A stretch of DNA of 64,000 nucleotides, taken from positions 435,803-499,802 of the forward strand of contig RHPI01003488.1 in NCBI GenBank assembly GCA_009103225.1. The letters run 5' to 3'. The notes under the pieces were generated by a model that searched no databases, was not told the DNA's origin, and was given only the letters and a program-made list of their open reading frames with translations. Position 1 is the first letter of the stretch, and every line of letters begins with the position of its first letter. The translations under genes were made by a program, and so were the position numbers. Shown piece after piece: positions 1 through 12,572 of the stretch. Origin of the DNA: Chlorokybus atmophyticus (Eukaryota; Plantae; Mesostigma and Chlorokybus algae).

Positions 1-19
1 ACAACAAGGGTATTCAGTC

Positions 20-474
20 TACCCCCGTTAACAAACTTCAGTTATAAAGAATAATCTCGTTAAGATCATACATTTGTTAAAGAGCAATCGTTTTGCGGGC
101 AAATATCGTTGCTTAGTGGAATAGTCTTGTACATAATAAAAACAAATCGAAGGCTTGATATTTGAAGTGGGCTCAATGTTGTAACGGGGAATACCTTGTT
201 AACAGCATGCTTATTCCATTAATATCAAATTGAACATGTTCACACAAAACTCATATATAACGGTATATAATGGGATTATTGATTTAATACTTTAAAACTC
301 CATCTTTGCCTTGTCTCATAACCTTAAGCCATGTCATATGCTGACGTGGCTTAAGGTTATCAGACAATACCCCTGTCAGTGGAGCATATATTCTTTTATT
401 TAGAAGCGCCAAGAAAATAACCCCATTAGTGAAATGAAAAGTTGAAGGATGAAGTTGAGTCTTATAACGGGGTA
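20..474. mobile_element. TA-flanked MITE-like element with short TIRs and a central hairpin
   Basis: AT-rich block bounded by TA|CCCCCGTTAAC (20) and TATAACGGGG|TA (ends 474). It has a perfect 14-bp inverted repeat at 318-331/347-360. Its right ~100 bp recur, inverted and diverged, at 53438. Confidence 0.65.
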
Positions 475-518
475 AGAGCGTATTGGTAACGAAAGCAACA
501 CATTTCGCACACGCACAC

Positions 519-555
<37 letters not shown>

Positions 556-1079
556 AGAGAGAGTTTGCACAGAGACAATGGGCTTGTTTGATTGCATGCA
601 CCTGTCTGCCTGCGCGTGCGCATGCGCTTTTACATTCGCATGCTTGCAGAAGTTGTAAAAACAACAACACGCACGCAGAATCGAATTGGATTCTGCGTGT
701 GTGTTGCTGCGCTCTGTCTTCCTGTATGCATGCGTGCATGGCATGAGTTTCTGCACTTGTCAAGGCTGATTGAGAGTTCCATTGCACAGGTGACTTGCAG
801 GACATTTGTCACACAGTCATGGCCCCAGTGACGTCCGCATGGAGATACGGTGCGCAAGAGCTTGCTACCAATCTGGTATTCATGCAAACAGGTGCATACC
901 CGCTAACTTGGTTGAAACTCATACACAACATGTGTTCATCAAGCTCGTGAATTTGATAAGCGGTTGCTCTTAGCGCATGTTCACCAGCGTACTTCACCTT
1001 CTCCTCGGCACCTTTTCCTCGTCGTCACACGCTGCCAGAAGCCACCCGCAGTTATGCCCACAAAGACATGGACCATGGG

Positions 1080-2228
1080 TTGGTCATCACGAGCTTGATC
1101 AACGCTTGAATTGATGCACGTGAGGTGGTGACCATCATCGCTGCACGCAAACGCTTGGCAAGGAGGTAGTGGTTTAGGTTTCATAATGCTCGCTGTTTCC
1201 TGCCTCGCGTGTCTTGTACACTGTGGACTGGTTGCCAACCAGCCCACAGACTACGTATGCCACTGGCAGTGGCCGAGCAGCAACATTGTAGAGCTTTATA
1301 CTAAGCGTTTGTGGCTGAGTTGGTATGTACGCAAGCGTCGTGTGGCATAACGACATGTGCGTCCGCACAACAAGGCTTGCGAACAGTCCCCGACCTAAAA
1401 AGCCCTCACATGTGTGTACAGAACTCCTCAATGTCACATACGAAAACTTGGAAACTTGGAAAGCCGCCTCCTTGTTGCTGTTACTCCCGCAGATGACGGC
1501 TGCACTACTTGCAACGGGTAGCTGTGTGAATTGAGTGTACAGTATGTGGTGTGTGACAAGGCGCTCCATAAACCATAAGGGAAGGTACGTAAGAGGTGTT
1601 GAGGCTCCTGCTGTTGTGCGGTGAGATGTTTCTACCTGACCATGTGGTATGCGATGTAGTCCCGGAAAGCCATCGTTGCCCACGCCAGCCTGCTGCAGAG
1701 TTCTGCTGCCACTGCTCTCGCAACGCGCCTCGTGTATGGAAAACAACACTGAAGAAGACAACAAGAGCTCAGTGGCTCACGCACATCACTCTGTGCACAT
1801 GCGTGCGGTTGTATCACGCACGCACACGCGTGGGTGATATGCGCTCAGATGGGCATACGCATGCAATGACATTGACGGTGACGGTGACCACCGCTATATG
1901 TCCATGTGCTTGCTTTGTGCAATGCACCCTCATTGAACGACAATCTTCAAGAGCCTTCACTAGTTAGCATTTCCACCTGCAAGTGGCGGCGGGATCTCCG
2001 GGGGGGGAGGGGAGGGACGTACTTGGGTGTGCATGCATGCAGGTGAGGGGTGTGTATGTAAACCACGAGTGTGTTCAACTTTGTGAGCGTGCATACGCGT
2101 GTGGTGTGGACGTTCTCAAGCGCGCGCGTACGAGTGCATGTGTGTGTTCTGTTCGGGAGCGCGTGCGCGTGCGTGTGCGTATACGATTGTACGTGTGCGT
2201 GTGCGTGTGCTTGTGTGTATGCGATTAT

Positions 2229-2283
<55 letters not shown>

Positions 2284-2800
2284 CGTGTGTATGCAAATGT
2301 GCGCGCGCGCGCGTGCAGGCATGTATGTGGGGGTGCATGCAAATGTGTGCGATAGGTGTTATGCACTGCTTGCATACATGGTGCCGTGATGTATAAGTTC
2401 GTGTACGTGTACACATGTTGAAGCAACACCAGAGTGTACGTACACATGAACATGCTGAAGTAACTATGTACGGGTGCAAGTGCATACTCATGTATACGTG
2501 CATATGCATGGGCGTACGTGTGCGCGTGCATGTGTGAATACCCGACAAGACACATATATGCACAGCTTGTACAGCCCCATCATGGGCATACATACATTCG
2601 GTCCTCCCTGATACAGTCCTGCTGATGATCAGCAGGACTCCCTTTGCTCACCTGCATAAACGCCTTGTTGGTTGTGTCACATGTCAAGACAACAACGCGG
2701 CGCGTGCGTGATCTCATTGATACTCGTTCTGTTACCTTGCTCGCGCGTTTGTGTACTGAAACAGTTTGAACTGATCGTCCGTTGTTAGCAGCAAGGGTTT
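1080..2800 (-). pseudogene. Possible degenerate ARPC2-like (Arp2/3 p34) gene relic with introns
   Basis: Colinear minus-strand segments KVT..SMR...KAFMQ|gt (~2740-2655), PSPPPPEI..GNAN* (~2020-1960), AFRDYIAYHM (~1670-1640) and SIQAL (~1110) resemble ARPC2 motifs KVTVVFPMRF, KVFMQEF, SPxPPLEL, FRDYLHYHIK and SMIQAL. Stops and frame changes are present. Confidence 0.4.
2231..2280. repeat. (GT)n microsatellite; similar (GA)n at ~522-553 and ~9718-9790, (TTG)n at ~29481-29512
   Basis: Read directly from the sequence. Confidence 0.95.
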
Positions 2801-5800
2801 GCATGTTTCACTGATGTTCGTATCTGTAGTTGGCTATCTACCATCGTCATGTGGCTAACGCGATTAGTGAGGTTTGTCAATACAACACAACAAGGCTTGT
2901 AGAGGGTGTTGTGCATGTGTTGTGCATGCTGCTAGTTGCTCATCCACCAGCACACTCTCCTGCCCACATTGACATGCACAAGTGCTCGTTACTATTGTTG
3001 TACGTGAGGTGATGTGATGTGAAGTCCACACTGCTACCTTGCTCCAGCGCCAAGAGACTTCCATGTGCTGCCGGAACATAGTTCGGACAGAGGCTCTCAT
3101 GCAGCAGTCAGTTAGCTGTTAGCGAGTGAGTATGACTGGCTGTGCACAGCAAGTCAGCTTGGGAAGCCAGTCTCACTGCGCTGTGTGCATGTGTAGACAT
3201 GCATGCTCGCGTGGCGCGTATACACAGCTTGAAATGCAAGCCGTCATCCTGCGTACAATGCTATGTACAGTGCACACAGCACACACATGCTATCAAGACC
3301 GTGGCATGTGCAATGTGGTGAACAAGCTTGCAGACGGTTCAGAACCTGCATCTACCTGATGGCGTTGTTGAGGAGACTTGTGTGGTAGAGAGTTGTGTGC
3401 ATGGAGCAGCAGATATCATGCTATGAGACACGCAGAAAGTTTGTCAAGCCAAGTGGTTGCACGACACATAAGGGTAGTGCCTGATACAAATATGTTCAGC
3501 CATGCCTCGCATAGAGATCTCTGTTTACTGCTCGACTCCTACTTCATTTGAAAAGTAAGACCTATCTTTGAACAGTAAAACCTATCTCATAATCTGTACA
3601 AAATGGTATGCGATAAGGCGCTACCATGAGAGAAGCTACACTAGAAGTACAGTGTGTATGTGTGTGTGCGCGCGCGCGCGGTGGGCACGCCTGTACGCAT
3701 ATGCGCATGTACATCCATGTGTGTGCTCGCATGTGTCTGTGCACGTGTGTGCAAACCATACCAATTACATGCTGCTGTTGTGCCACTTGTGTTAGTCAAG
3801 TCAAGCTTCTTGTCGACCGCTTCTCAGCTGACAGAAAGGGGCTGAAAGACCTGCTGCTGCGACACAAAACCTCAAGGATCAGAGCTAGATGATGACAACA
3901 ATGACAATCTATTAACGAATGAAATAGTTGCAAGCGTTTCAGCAACACGACTAGCATGTCGGGATTCAAAGTGTGGCACAGGCCAATTGCATGTGGGATA
4001 CGTGACCACAAGCACATGTGTACGCACGCGGGCACTTGTACGCATGCATCTTACATGCACACGCATGCACACACGCGCATGCACACACGCGCGCGCACAG
4101 GAACATGCATTAACACATGGACGAATGCCTCCGCAAGTGTACCCTCAGTGACATGTGTGTATTTGGCACAGCTTTTTGCTGCGAGAGCGGTTAAGCGCCA
4201 GAGGATAAGCTTACACGCAAGTGACAGTCGACGATACATCGTGCGCAAGATCACACCGCGAGGCAGAGGTAAGTGCTGCATGTGATGCATATGTGTTGGC
4301 ACACATGTCAACATTTGCCTGTGATATCAATCGATTAACATGCTCATGTGCACGAGTGTACATAACAATCATGATACGTTTGTGCATGGGCACATACGCG
4401 CAGTGAGTGTGTGTGTGTGCGCACGCATACTTTGTCTTCCCGTATCCATCCACAGCATGTAGCACTTGTCATCTGACCGGATGGACTGCATGGACTTGGG
4501 CACCAAGACTTGCAGCTTATGGAAGCGGTGCACATAGCTGAGTGTACTCGCTAACCCCTCTGAGGTACTTACACACGAATGCATACTCCCTAACACATCG
4601 TACAGATCTGCAAACCAAGATGTGCTCATAGACTTGGTCAACGTGTCGCAGGTTCTATTGCATACTGCATCATCTACTGCATAGCATGTCTCGTACAGGT
4701 CATCATGCTAGCAGAAGGTATCAGCTTAGATACATACAATCTGTACTATCTGGTACCCTTCTCACGTGTGTTTGGTGCAAGTGCCCTTTTGTATGCATGG
4801 TTGCTTGAGCAACAAGGGTTGCATTTTCAAGCAAAATCTCAATTCATGTTGGTGTAGCTTGCCACATGTGCGTGTGTCATGTAGATAACGAGGTTTGCAA
4901 GTGCACAACAAGGCCTCCGATCAATTTTTATTCAACAAGGTAAGAGAGGCATGTCACGCGCAACCGCACATGACTCCCAACATCAGCACGTGTGCAACAA
5001 CTGCGGTCAGCCACCTCTTTTATCTTCAAAGAGTAGGAGCGCATTTGTATGCGCATAGCTTTAGAGCACGACACTAGGCTCTCGCATTGCACAAGAACAA
5101 GTGACATCATTAGCAACAAGTGATATTGCACGGTCTTCAGACCGGCCACACACAACAACTCAACAGTAATACTCTCTCTCTATCGATCGTGCTTGCGTCT
5201 GAGGCACACGCACACGCATGCGTGCATCTGCACGCGCACCGACACACCAGCGCACGCATCAACGCACGCATCAACGCACAACCTTGCAAGTGTCGGAGTG
5301 TGTTGGGCCTTGAGCTCTGGTTGTGCACTGTGAGGCGGAAAGGAGCAGAGACGGCACCACTCGCTGGGCTGATTGGAGGTAGGGAGTTCTCTGTTTGCAC
5401 GCGTCGACGCATGCTTGCGTGGCTGTGGCTCTTGTCTCTACTCCTGCGCGCGTGCGTGCGTGCGCATCTAGCTGCGTATGAGTGCGCGCGAACGCAATTA
5501 CTGGCTGTGTGCGTTTGTGTGCCGTGTCTGTCTGCCTCTGTGTACGCGGGAGCGCGCGTGTGTGTGTGTGTGTCTGCGTGTGCGTGCGAGCGTGTGTCTT
5601 CATCTGCGTGAGCTCTGGTTGCTTCATCTGTGCATGTGCATGCGCATGCGTGCACGGGTGTACTTTCATCTGAGCTGACTGACTGGGTTTCCACTGCACA
5701 GGTTATGATTACCCAAAGGGCAATTCGCAGTCCAGTCGTGGCATCGCCAGTTACTTCCGCCACCAACAAGTTGTTGGCAACAACTCAGCACCCAGATTCC

Positions 5801-7239
5801 GGTGGGGCACGTGCCAGAGTATACCACCATTCTGAGGTGATCAAACGCAGGTGCATGCTCCCTAAGATGATATGCTATGAATGAAGACGAAGATGTGCTC
5901 ATCGATTGCGTTGCTGAGCACATCTTTGTCTTCATTCTTACACATTTTTCATCCAATGACTTATGTTGATACTGATTCTGTTATCTTTCCCGCGTGTTCG
6001 TGCATAGGGACGTTGTGCTGTTTGTATGGTTTGCTATCTGCTAGCGTAGTTGATAGTGGATGACATTTGTGATTGCGCAACAAAGCTCGTAAAAGGGTCC
6101 CGAACTAGAAAGCCCTCACCCTTGTTGATTGTTTACTTCTCAACTGCTCGATACTTTCTATGCACACACAACCACACGCAAACATCCCACACGCCAATAC
6201 ATGACTAAGGTAAGCGAGTTGGTGCTGCAAGCTGGTGACTTGTGAGTATTATTATTGCCAGCTTGCTGCAGTCTCACGCATACTTGCATGAGTGCTTCCT
6301 CCTACGGTTTCTTCTGTACACTCGTGTAGCGAGCACAAACTGCATGCATGCGGTTTCTCATGCAGTATATGTAGCATGGCGTGTGAGCACCACACTTGGT
6401 CTCACAATGCTACAAAATTGCGTGATAAGGCGCTACCATAAGAGAAGCTACGTTAGAGGTGTGGCGCCCAGACTCTTTCCTGATGTTTTGTGTGTGTATG
6501 TGTGTGTGTGTGTGTGTGTGAGCGCGCGCATACACATGCACAGACGCTTGTATGCGCCTGCGTGTAAGTGCATACATGCACGTGTCAATGTGCATGTGTG
6601 TGAGAGTGTTGCACATGTGCATGCATGTGTCTGTCGACTGCTACTACGAGCCCACGACGACAAAGTGCGACTCGCGCAAGAAAGCGTGCACAGCACACCA
6701 GTTGAAACGCCCACGTTATCAGGTCACGATCTCAACGACTCTGCGTACACACACAACACAATCACATACAAGCACACGTGCACAGAGACACACGACTCAG
6801 ATTGCACAGCCAAGTTGATTTCTCAGCAACCACTCACTATATTCTATACCCCACCGTACACGTGCATACACACACACGTATGCACATATACACATATACA
6901 CATACATACCTACGCATATATTTGTGGATAACTCTATATGCATGTGTGTATGCCTGCATGTGCACATGTGAACATGCGCATGGACGAGTGTGTACGCATA
7001 CACCTACTTGTATATGTATGCCTACTCACGCACAGGTACACATGCATGTATGTATATTCAGGTATGCGTCCGCGGACACACGCACATGCGCACACATACG
7101 TGCACACGCGCATGCACACATGCGCGCGATTATGCACAAGCTGGCATACACACCACTCAGGCAGATGTACAAACACACATGCACTTGTATACAACCTGGT
7201 ATGCATGCGTGTACTTGTAATGTATACACTCTCATGCAG

Positions 7240-8560
7240 ATACGAAAGTACATGGACGTCGTGCTCGGCGGAGGCGAAAGCGTGCTCAAAACCGCACAGC
7301 AGATGGGCAAAAGACAGGTGGGTGTGCGTGTGCGTGTGCGTGTGGGTGTGGGTGTGAGTGATCTTGAGATCGATACTGCTCAATTGCTCAGGTGCCTGTT
7401 GTGGGCATAAACTGTGGCCACATTGAGCTTTCTTCCCTCAGTACTCAGAGACCACGTCCTTCAAGTAAGCCACTGAACTGAAAAGAAGTAGTAGTCGAGT
7501 ACTCGATCAAGCAGAGACTATCACAACACTGATCAGCTGTTTTGATCATAAAGTGAAGTGAGGTTGTCACTTACTGACTCAAACATCATTTCAATGACTT
7601 GGTCAATCACTGATGCACTCAGTCATTGGTTGATTCAGCGCCTTCTCCTCTTTGAACAAGTGAATGAGTAATTGAGTAGGACCTGTTTCGCATCCACACT
7701 TGTGTTGTTGTGCATACGTGACTTTTCACACGTCCCTGTGGGGCATAGGATGGAATGAAGTGACAGTGTCAGAGTTGAGTGTTGGGTTGTTTTGGGTTGT
7801 GTTGTGGTGGTGTGTATGCGAGCAGTAGCTGCCTGTATGGCGGTGACAGCAAGTGTATGTGACTATGTGACTATGTGACTATGTGACTATGTGTGGATAC
7901 GTGCATGTAAACACACACACACACACACACACTCACACAGATGCATACGCGCTTGCTCGCACACGAGGACACGCTTTTGGGCAAATACGTGCGCCCGCGC
8001 ACACTTACACGCACACAACTTCTTTCCAGTGGGAGCGCCCTACTCCATCCTGGACATCCCGTTTTACGTGAACGGCACGCTGGCCACAACATGTATACGA
8101 CTGTGGCGGCCTCATCGTGTCCACGCGCACCTGTAGGCTCAACCGCGCACAACCTCTCTGTGTTGGCGGGTGAGTGATGCAACTGTTGTGTTGATACATT
8201 CCTGTGAACTAATGTATCACGTCACTCAGGGCCCATTTTTGTGAAGTCCGCCGGGGCCGCACACGCTGACCATACGGCCGATTGTGGAGAGAGCGCATAC
8301 AGGGGTGTTTGAGATGAGGCCGAAGGTGCATATGTGTGTATGCGCACACGCACACATGCATGTGCGCGCGTGCGCATGCATGTGTGCGTGTGTGTGTGCT
8401 TCTCTGCGCGCATGCATGTGTGTGTGCATGCGCACGTGTGTGTCAGTGACACACGCGCACAACTATCCACCGGATGTGGGACGATGTTGGTTTGTTGTGC
8501 AGGTGATGCAAGGGAGTGAAGTGGCGATTATCGTCGACGGGAGGCACCTGCAACCTGCAG
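7240..8560 (+). pseudogene. NAD kinase fragment, frameshifted, introns retained
   Basis: Spliced pieces DVVLGGGESVL (degraded GGDG motif), VPVVGINCGHI, GGLIVST/PVGSTAHNLS (GDGxIVSTPTGSTAY motif split by a frameshift), PHTLTIRPIV and IIVDGR are joined by GT-AG introns. There is an in-frame stop near 8243. Confidence 0.75.
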
Positions 8561-9737
8561 GTAAGCAGAGGCGATTTGGCATGTGCATGAGTTGGCATAC
8601 CCAGCAGTAACAAGTGGCGTTTCAGTTACTTGCACACGCCAGATGCACAAGTATGTGCGCGCGCACAGGCGCACGCGTGCAAGTGTACTCACACATATGT
8701 ATGCAAGTTTGTGCGCTCATGCGCGTGTGCATACTTGTATGCACGTGGGCCCGTGCACACGCGCGTGCAATCACACGACGTATACATCTGTGTGTGTCTT
8801 ACACTTCAACTGTGATACTTACATTGTGGCATATTGACACTGATGTGTTTGTGTTCCGTTGGATATACACGTCGTAAGTTCTGCGTCGGTATGCATACCT
8901 TGGTTTCAGTCATGCGTGTAGTGGAGACGCGCGCGAGTACCGTGAATATAGCCGAGTGATTGAGTGAGAGCGAGCGTGTGCACATCCCTTGATGCTATGT
9001 GGTTGTTGCATTGGAAGTGCGTGTTTGTAGCAGGTGTGTGAAGTTACGCTCGTGCACAGCTGAGTCCTCTTGAGTTGCTGCATTGTATAGTTATCAGGGC
9101 TGTAGTATATTCGTAGCATGTGCTGTTTAATTGATGACATACCACCAGAATGTGAAGAAACAGTTGTCTTCAGTCCAAGGCATGTGTACCTACTAGCCGT
9201 TGTGACTTTTCTTCACATCGTCATCCTTTGCAGGGCGCAGGCAAAGGGACCTCATCAGATTGCTGTCCTGCATGAACAAAGCCAGACCGACTAGAAGGTG
9301 GCAACCAACATGCAGCCGCAAGTTGATGCACGGATTGGTTGTGAAGAGAAGCAAACAACGTACATCTTTAACGAGAGTATTTGTACCGTCATGCGGCATA
9401 CCGGCTTAGGACGTTGTTTGCAGTTATTGTAATAAGAGGTACTAGCAATATGTACAAAGCTGTACAAAATGGTGTAGTTGTGTAGAAGGTGATTATGTTT
9501 GCATGTTTGCACAAACCAGTTGTATGAAGTTGTTTCACTTTGCAGTGTGTAAGGAAGACTCAGTCAACACTCCCACCTCGGGCTTAAGCTGTTGCGGCCG
9601 ATATCAATGATGTTCTGGCGGTTGCCCAACGCCATTAGGCACACTCTCGGCCTCCTTGTCACAGCTTCATGTCACTGGACAGCGCAGAATCTCATGGGCG
9701 TGTGCATGCGCGCAGGCAGAGAGAGAGAGAGAGANNN

Positions 9738-9795
<58 letters not shown>

Positions 9796-10874
9796 AATCA
9801 CTACACGCACAAGGACACGCACATGTGCACACAGGCTGATAAGCGTTGAAGCAATGCATTGCTACCAGAGCTACAAGTTGGCACTGGTAGCTTAATACCT
9901 TGCAAAACGCCATCATCAATCACATGTTAGGTGGTTGTTGAACCATGCAGCAACTTGCTTGACGAGCACTTGGCAATCAAGCACATAGCCAGTACCAATC
10001 TATGCACTGTGCAGTCTTCATGCAAGTGAATTGAACAGCAACACGTTGTTTTCCGAATCAACAAGCGAGCAACCAATCAGCCGCACCACACAAAACCCAC
10101 ACCCGAAAACGTGCATGCATGCGCGTTTATGTATGCACACATGGACACGCATGCATGCCCACTCACACGCACTCCCACTTGCCAATACACGCACACGCAC
10201 ACGCACTCTATGACTCTTGCATTCTCCAAAGTGCAATCCCACATGCATTACACTTGGACAACGCCCCTATACTCCCTACACTCCCTATACTCCCCCGGCT
10301 GTTGGCTCTACGTGTACCAGTACCACACGCATCATGACCCCTCCCGCTCCCGCCGCGAGCATCACCCGTACACATGATACAAGCACAAATTCCAACCAAG
10401 CACATAACCCCAACACCCCATATCACCAAACGATTGTGCTTATCTCCTGCGCTTGCGCGTATGTTGTGTGTGTGCGCGCGTGTGCACGCGCACACATGAG
10501 TATGCACCTCCACTCCTTATGTGCCTGAGGGAGATGAGGACAGATGAAACATGCAACACACGCGCGCACGCGTGGGGGTGGCTTGACGAGCAAGTTGCTG
10601 CATGGTTNNNNNNNNNNNNNNNNNNNNNNNNNNNNNNNNNNNNNNNNNNNNNNNNNNNNNNNNNNNNNNNNNNNNNNNNNNNNNNNNNNNNNNNNNNNNN
10701 NNNNNNNNNNNNNNNNNNNNNNNNNNNNNNNNNNNNNNNNNNNNNNNNNNNNNNNNNNNNNNNNNNNNNNNNNNNNNNNNNGGGGGGGTCATACACACAA
10801 CCTCTGCGGCAAAAGTCAACGTGAACACGCGTCTTGGACTGGAGCAAACGTGATTAAGCTATGAGGGAACAGTA

Positions 10875-11860
10875 AGCACTAGACCTCCACAGATACGAAG
10901 TTAGTCTCGAGAGGGTCTCCCGTTGTAACTACATATAATTATTTATGGCTTATAAATCGAATGAGGTGAAGTCGTTGGGGTTAGCGAACTGAGTAAAATA
11001 GAACTATTGAGGCCCCAAATGGAATTAACAAAAAGGTAAACTTGCAAAGTCCGTGTTCCCGAAGCAAATGCGCCATGTTGTTAAGTGAAGCGATTGCAGT
11101 AAAATCAGCATGAACAACATACGCCAGACCTCTCCTGCTTCGCGTGAAGGCTCGGGTGCACATTGTTCACGTAAGTCCAACAAGGGTTTTTCGTTATAAA
11201 TGCATGAAGCGAATTTGGGGGCTGGGTTGAACGAAAATGTTGAGGCCTCGAATAAAATTGATGAAGTCACGAAGTCCGCATTCTTGTGGCCAAAGCGAAT
11301 GCACGTCGTTAAGTGAAGCATTCGCATGAAAGTGAACAATGGGCACATGACCTCTCGATCTTTTGCGACACGTTCGCTAAGCCGCAAGAGGGTCTCCCAT
11401 TATAAATACGTTCAGCAACTTATATAAATTACTAAGGCCAAGTCGTTGAATCAACAAATCGGATCATATCGGATTGGTCATGCCCTCGGGCTTAATTGGA
11501 AGTGGCAAAGTCGCAAACTTGAAGTCTACATATCGGAAGGAAACACAGTTCGTTGTCAATATCATTTGGAGTGAAGCATGTGCGATCAGGGTGATAAACG
11601 ATAAGCACACGCTTATGGCGCGTGAGGCGGGTCTCAAGAAAGTCCCTCATTACGCTGTTACAAGTGGCAAGCAAATACGGATTGACTAAATTGAGCAAAG
11701 CCGCGGTTTATATCCCCGAAAAGTGAGCAAACTTTATACTGATGCACCCAAATCCCAAATGATTTGATCGCCAATTATTGCGCAAACTTCTTAAAGCCGA
11801 TGGAGCAAAGACCAATAGTGGATTCGACGGGAACTACTGAGGCCTTATTTGGCCATGGGA
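10875..11860. repeat. Highly degenerate tandem repeat, period ~225-260 bp
   Basis: Recurring anchors GACCTC (~10881, 11127, 11350), TGAGGCC (~11008, 11241), AGTGAAGC (~11083, 11312, 11571) and GAGGGTCTCCC (~10910, 11388). Confidence 0.5.
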
Positions 11861-12572
11861 ATAGCAAAGCCAAGTTCGAACTTTTGAAGTCAATTAAGAT
11901 CACTTTAGTCATGTTGTACAAAGAGGTGATGGAATGATAGCAGCGTACCTCGACTTTTGCCGCGAGCCGACGCGCCTTGTTGAATACGATAAGTCACGAC
12001 GCTGGCACGTACTGTAATTACCCGNNNNNNNNNNNNNNNNNNNNNNNNNNNNNNNNNNNNNNNNNNNNNNNNNNNNNNNNNNNNNNNNNNNNNNNNNNNN
12101 NNNNNNNNNNNNNNNNNNNNNNNNNNNNNNNNNNNNNNNNNNNNNNNNNNNNNNNNNNNNNNNNNNNNNNNNNNNNNNNNNNNNNNNNNNNNNNNNNNNN
12201 NNNNNNNNNNNNNNNNNNNNNNNNNNNNNNNNNNNNNNNNNNNNNNNNNNNNNNNNNNNNNNNNNNNNNNNNNNNNNNNNNNNNNNNNNNNNNNNNNNNN
12301 NNNNNNNNNNNNNNNNNNNNNNNNNNNNNNNNNNNNNNNNNNNNNNNNNNNNNNNNNNNNNNNNNNNNNNNNNNNNNNNNNNNNNNNNNNNNNNNNNNNN
12401 NNNNNNNNNNNNNNNNNNNNNNNNNNNNNNNNNNNNNNNNNNNNNNNNNNNNNNNNNNNNNNNNNNNNNNNNNNNNNNNNNNNNNNNNNNNNNNNNNNNN
12501 NNNNNNNNNNNNNNNNNNNNNNNNNNNNNNNNNNNNNNNNNNNNNNNNNNNNNNNNNNNNNNNNNNNNNNNN

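Noticed and set aside
4369-4641. WFADLYDVLG resembling the end of a Myb/SANT domain
   Set aside because: It is a single short motif with no supporting upstream helices or transposase nearby.
284-10864. Dozens of His/Thr/Cys/Val/Ala-rich ORFs in the track, also at 30000-32500
   Set aside because: They are translations of (CA/TG)n-rich intronic DNA open in several frames at once, with no family motifs.
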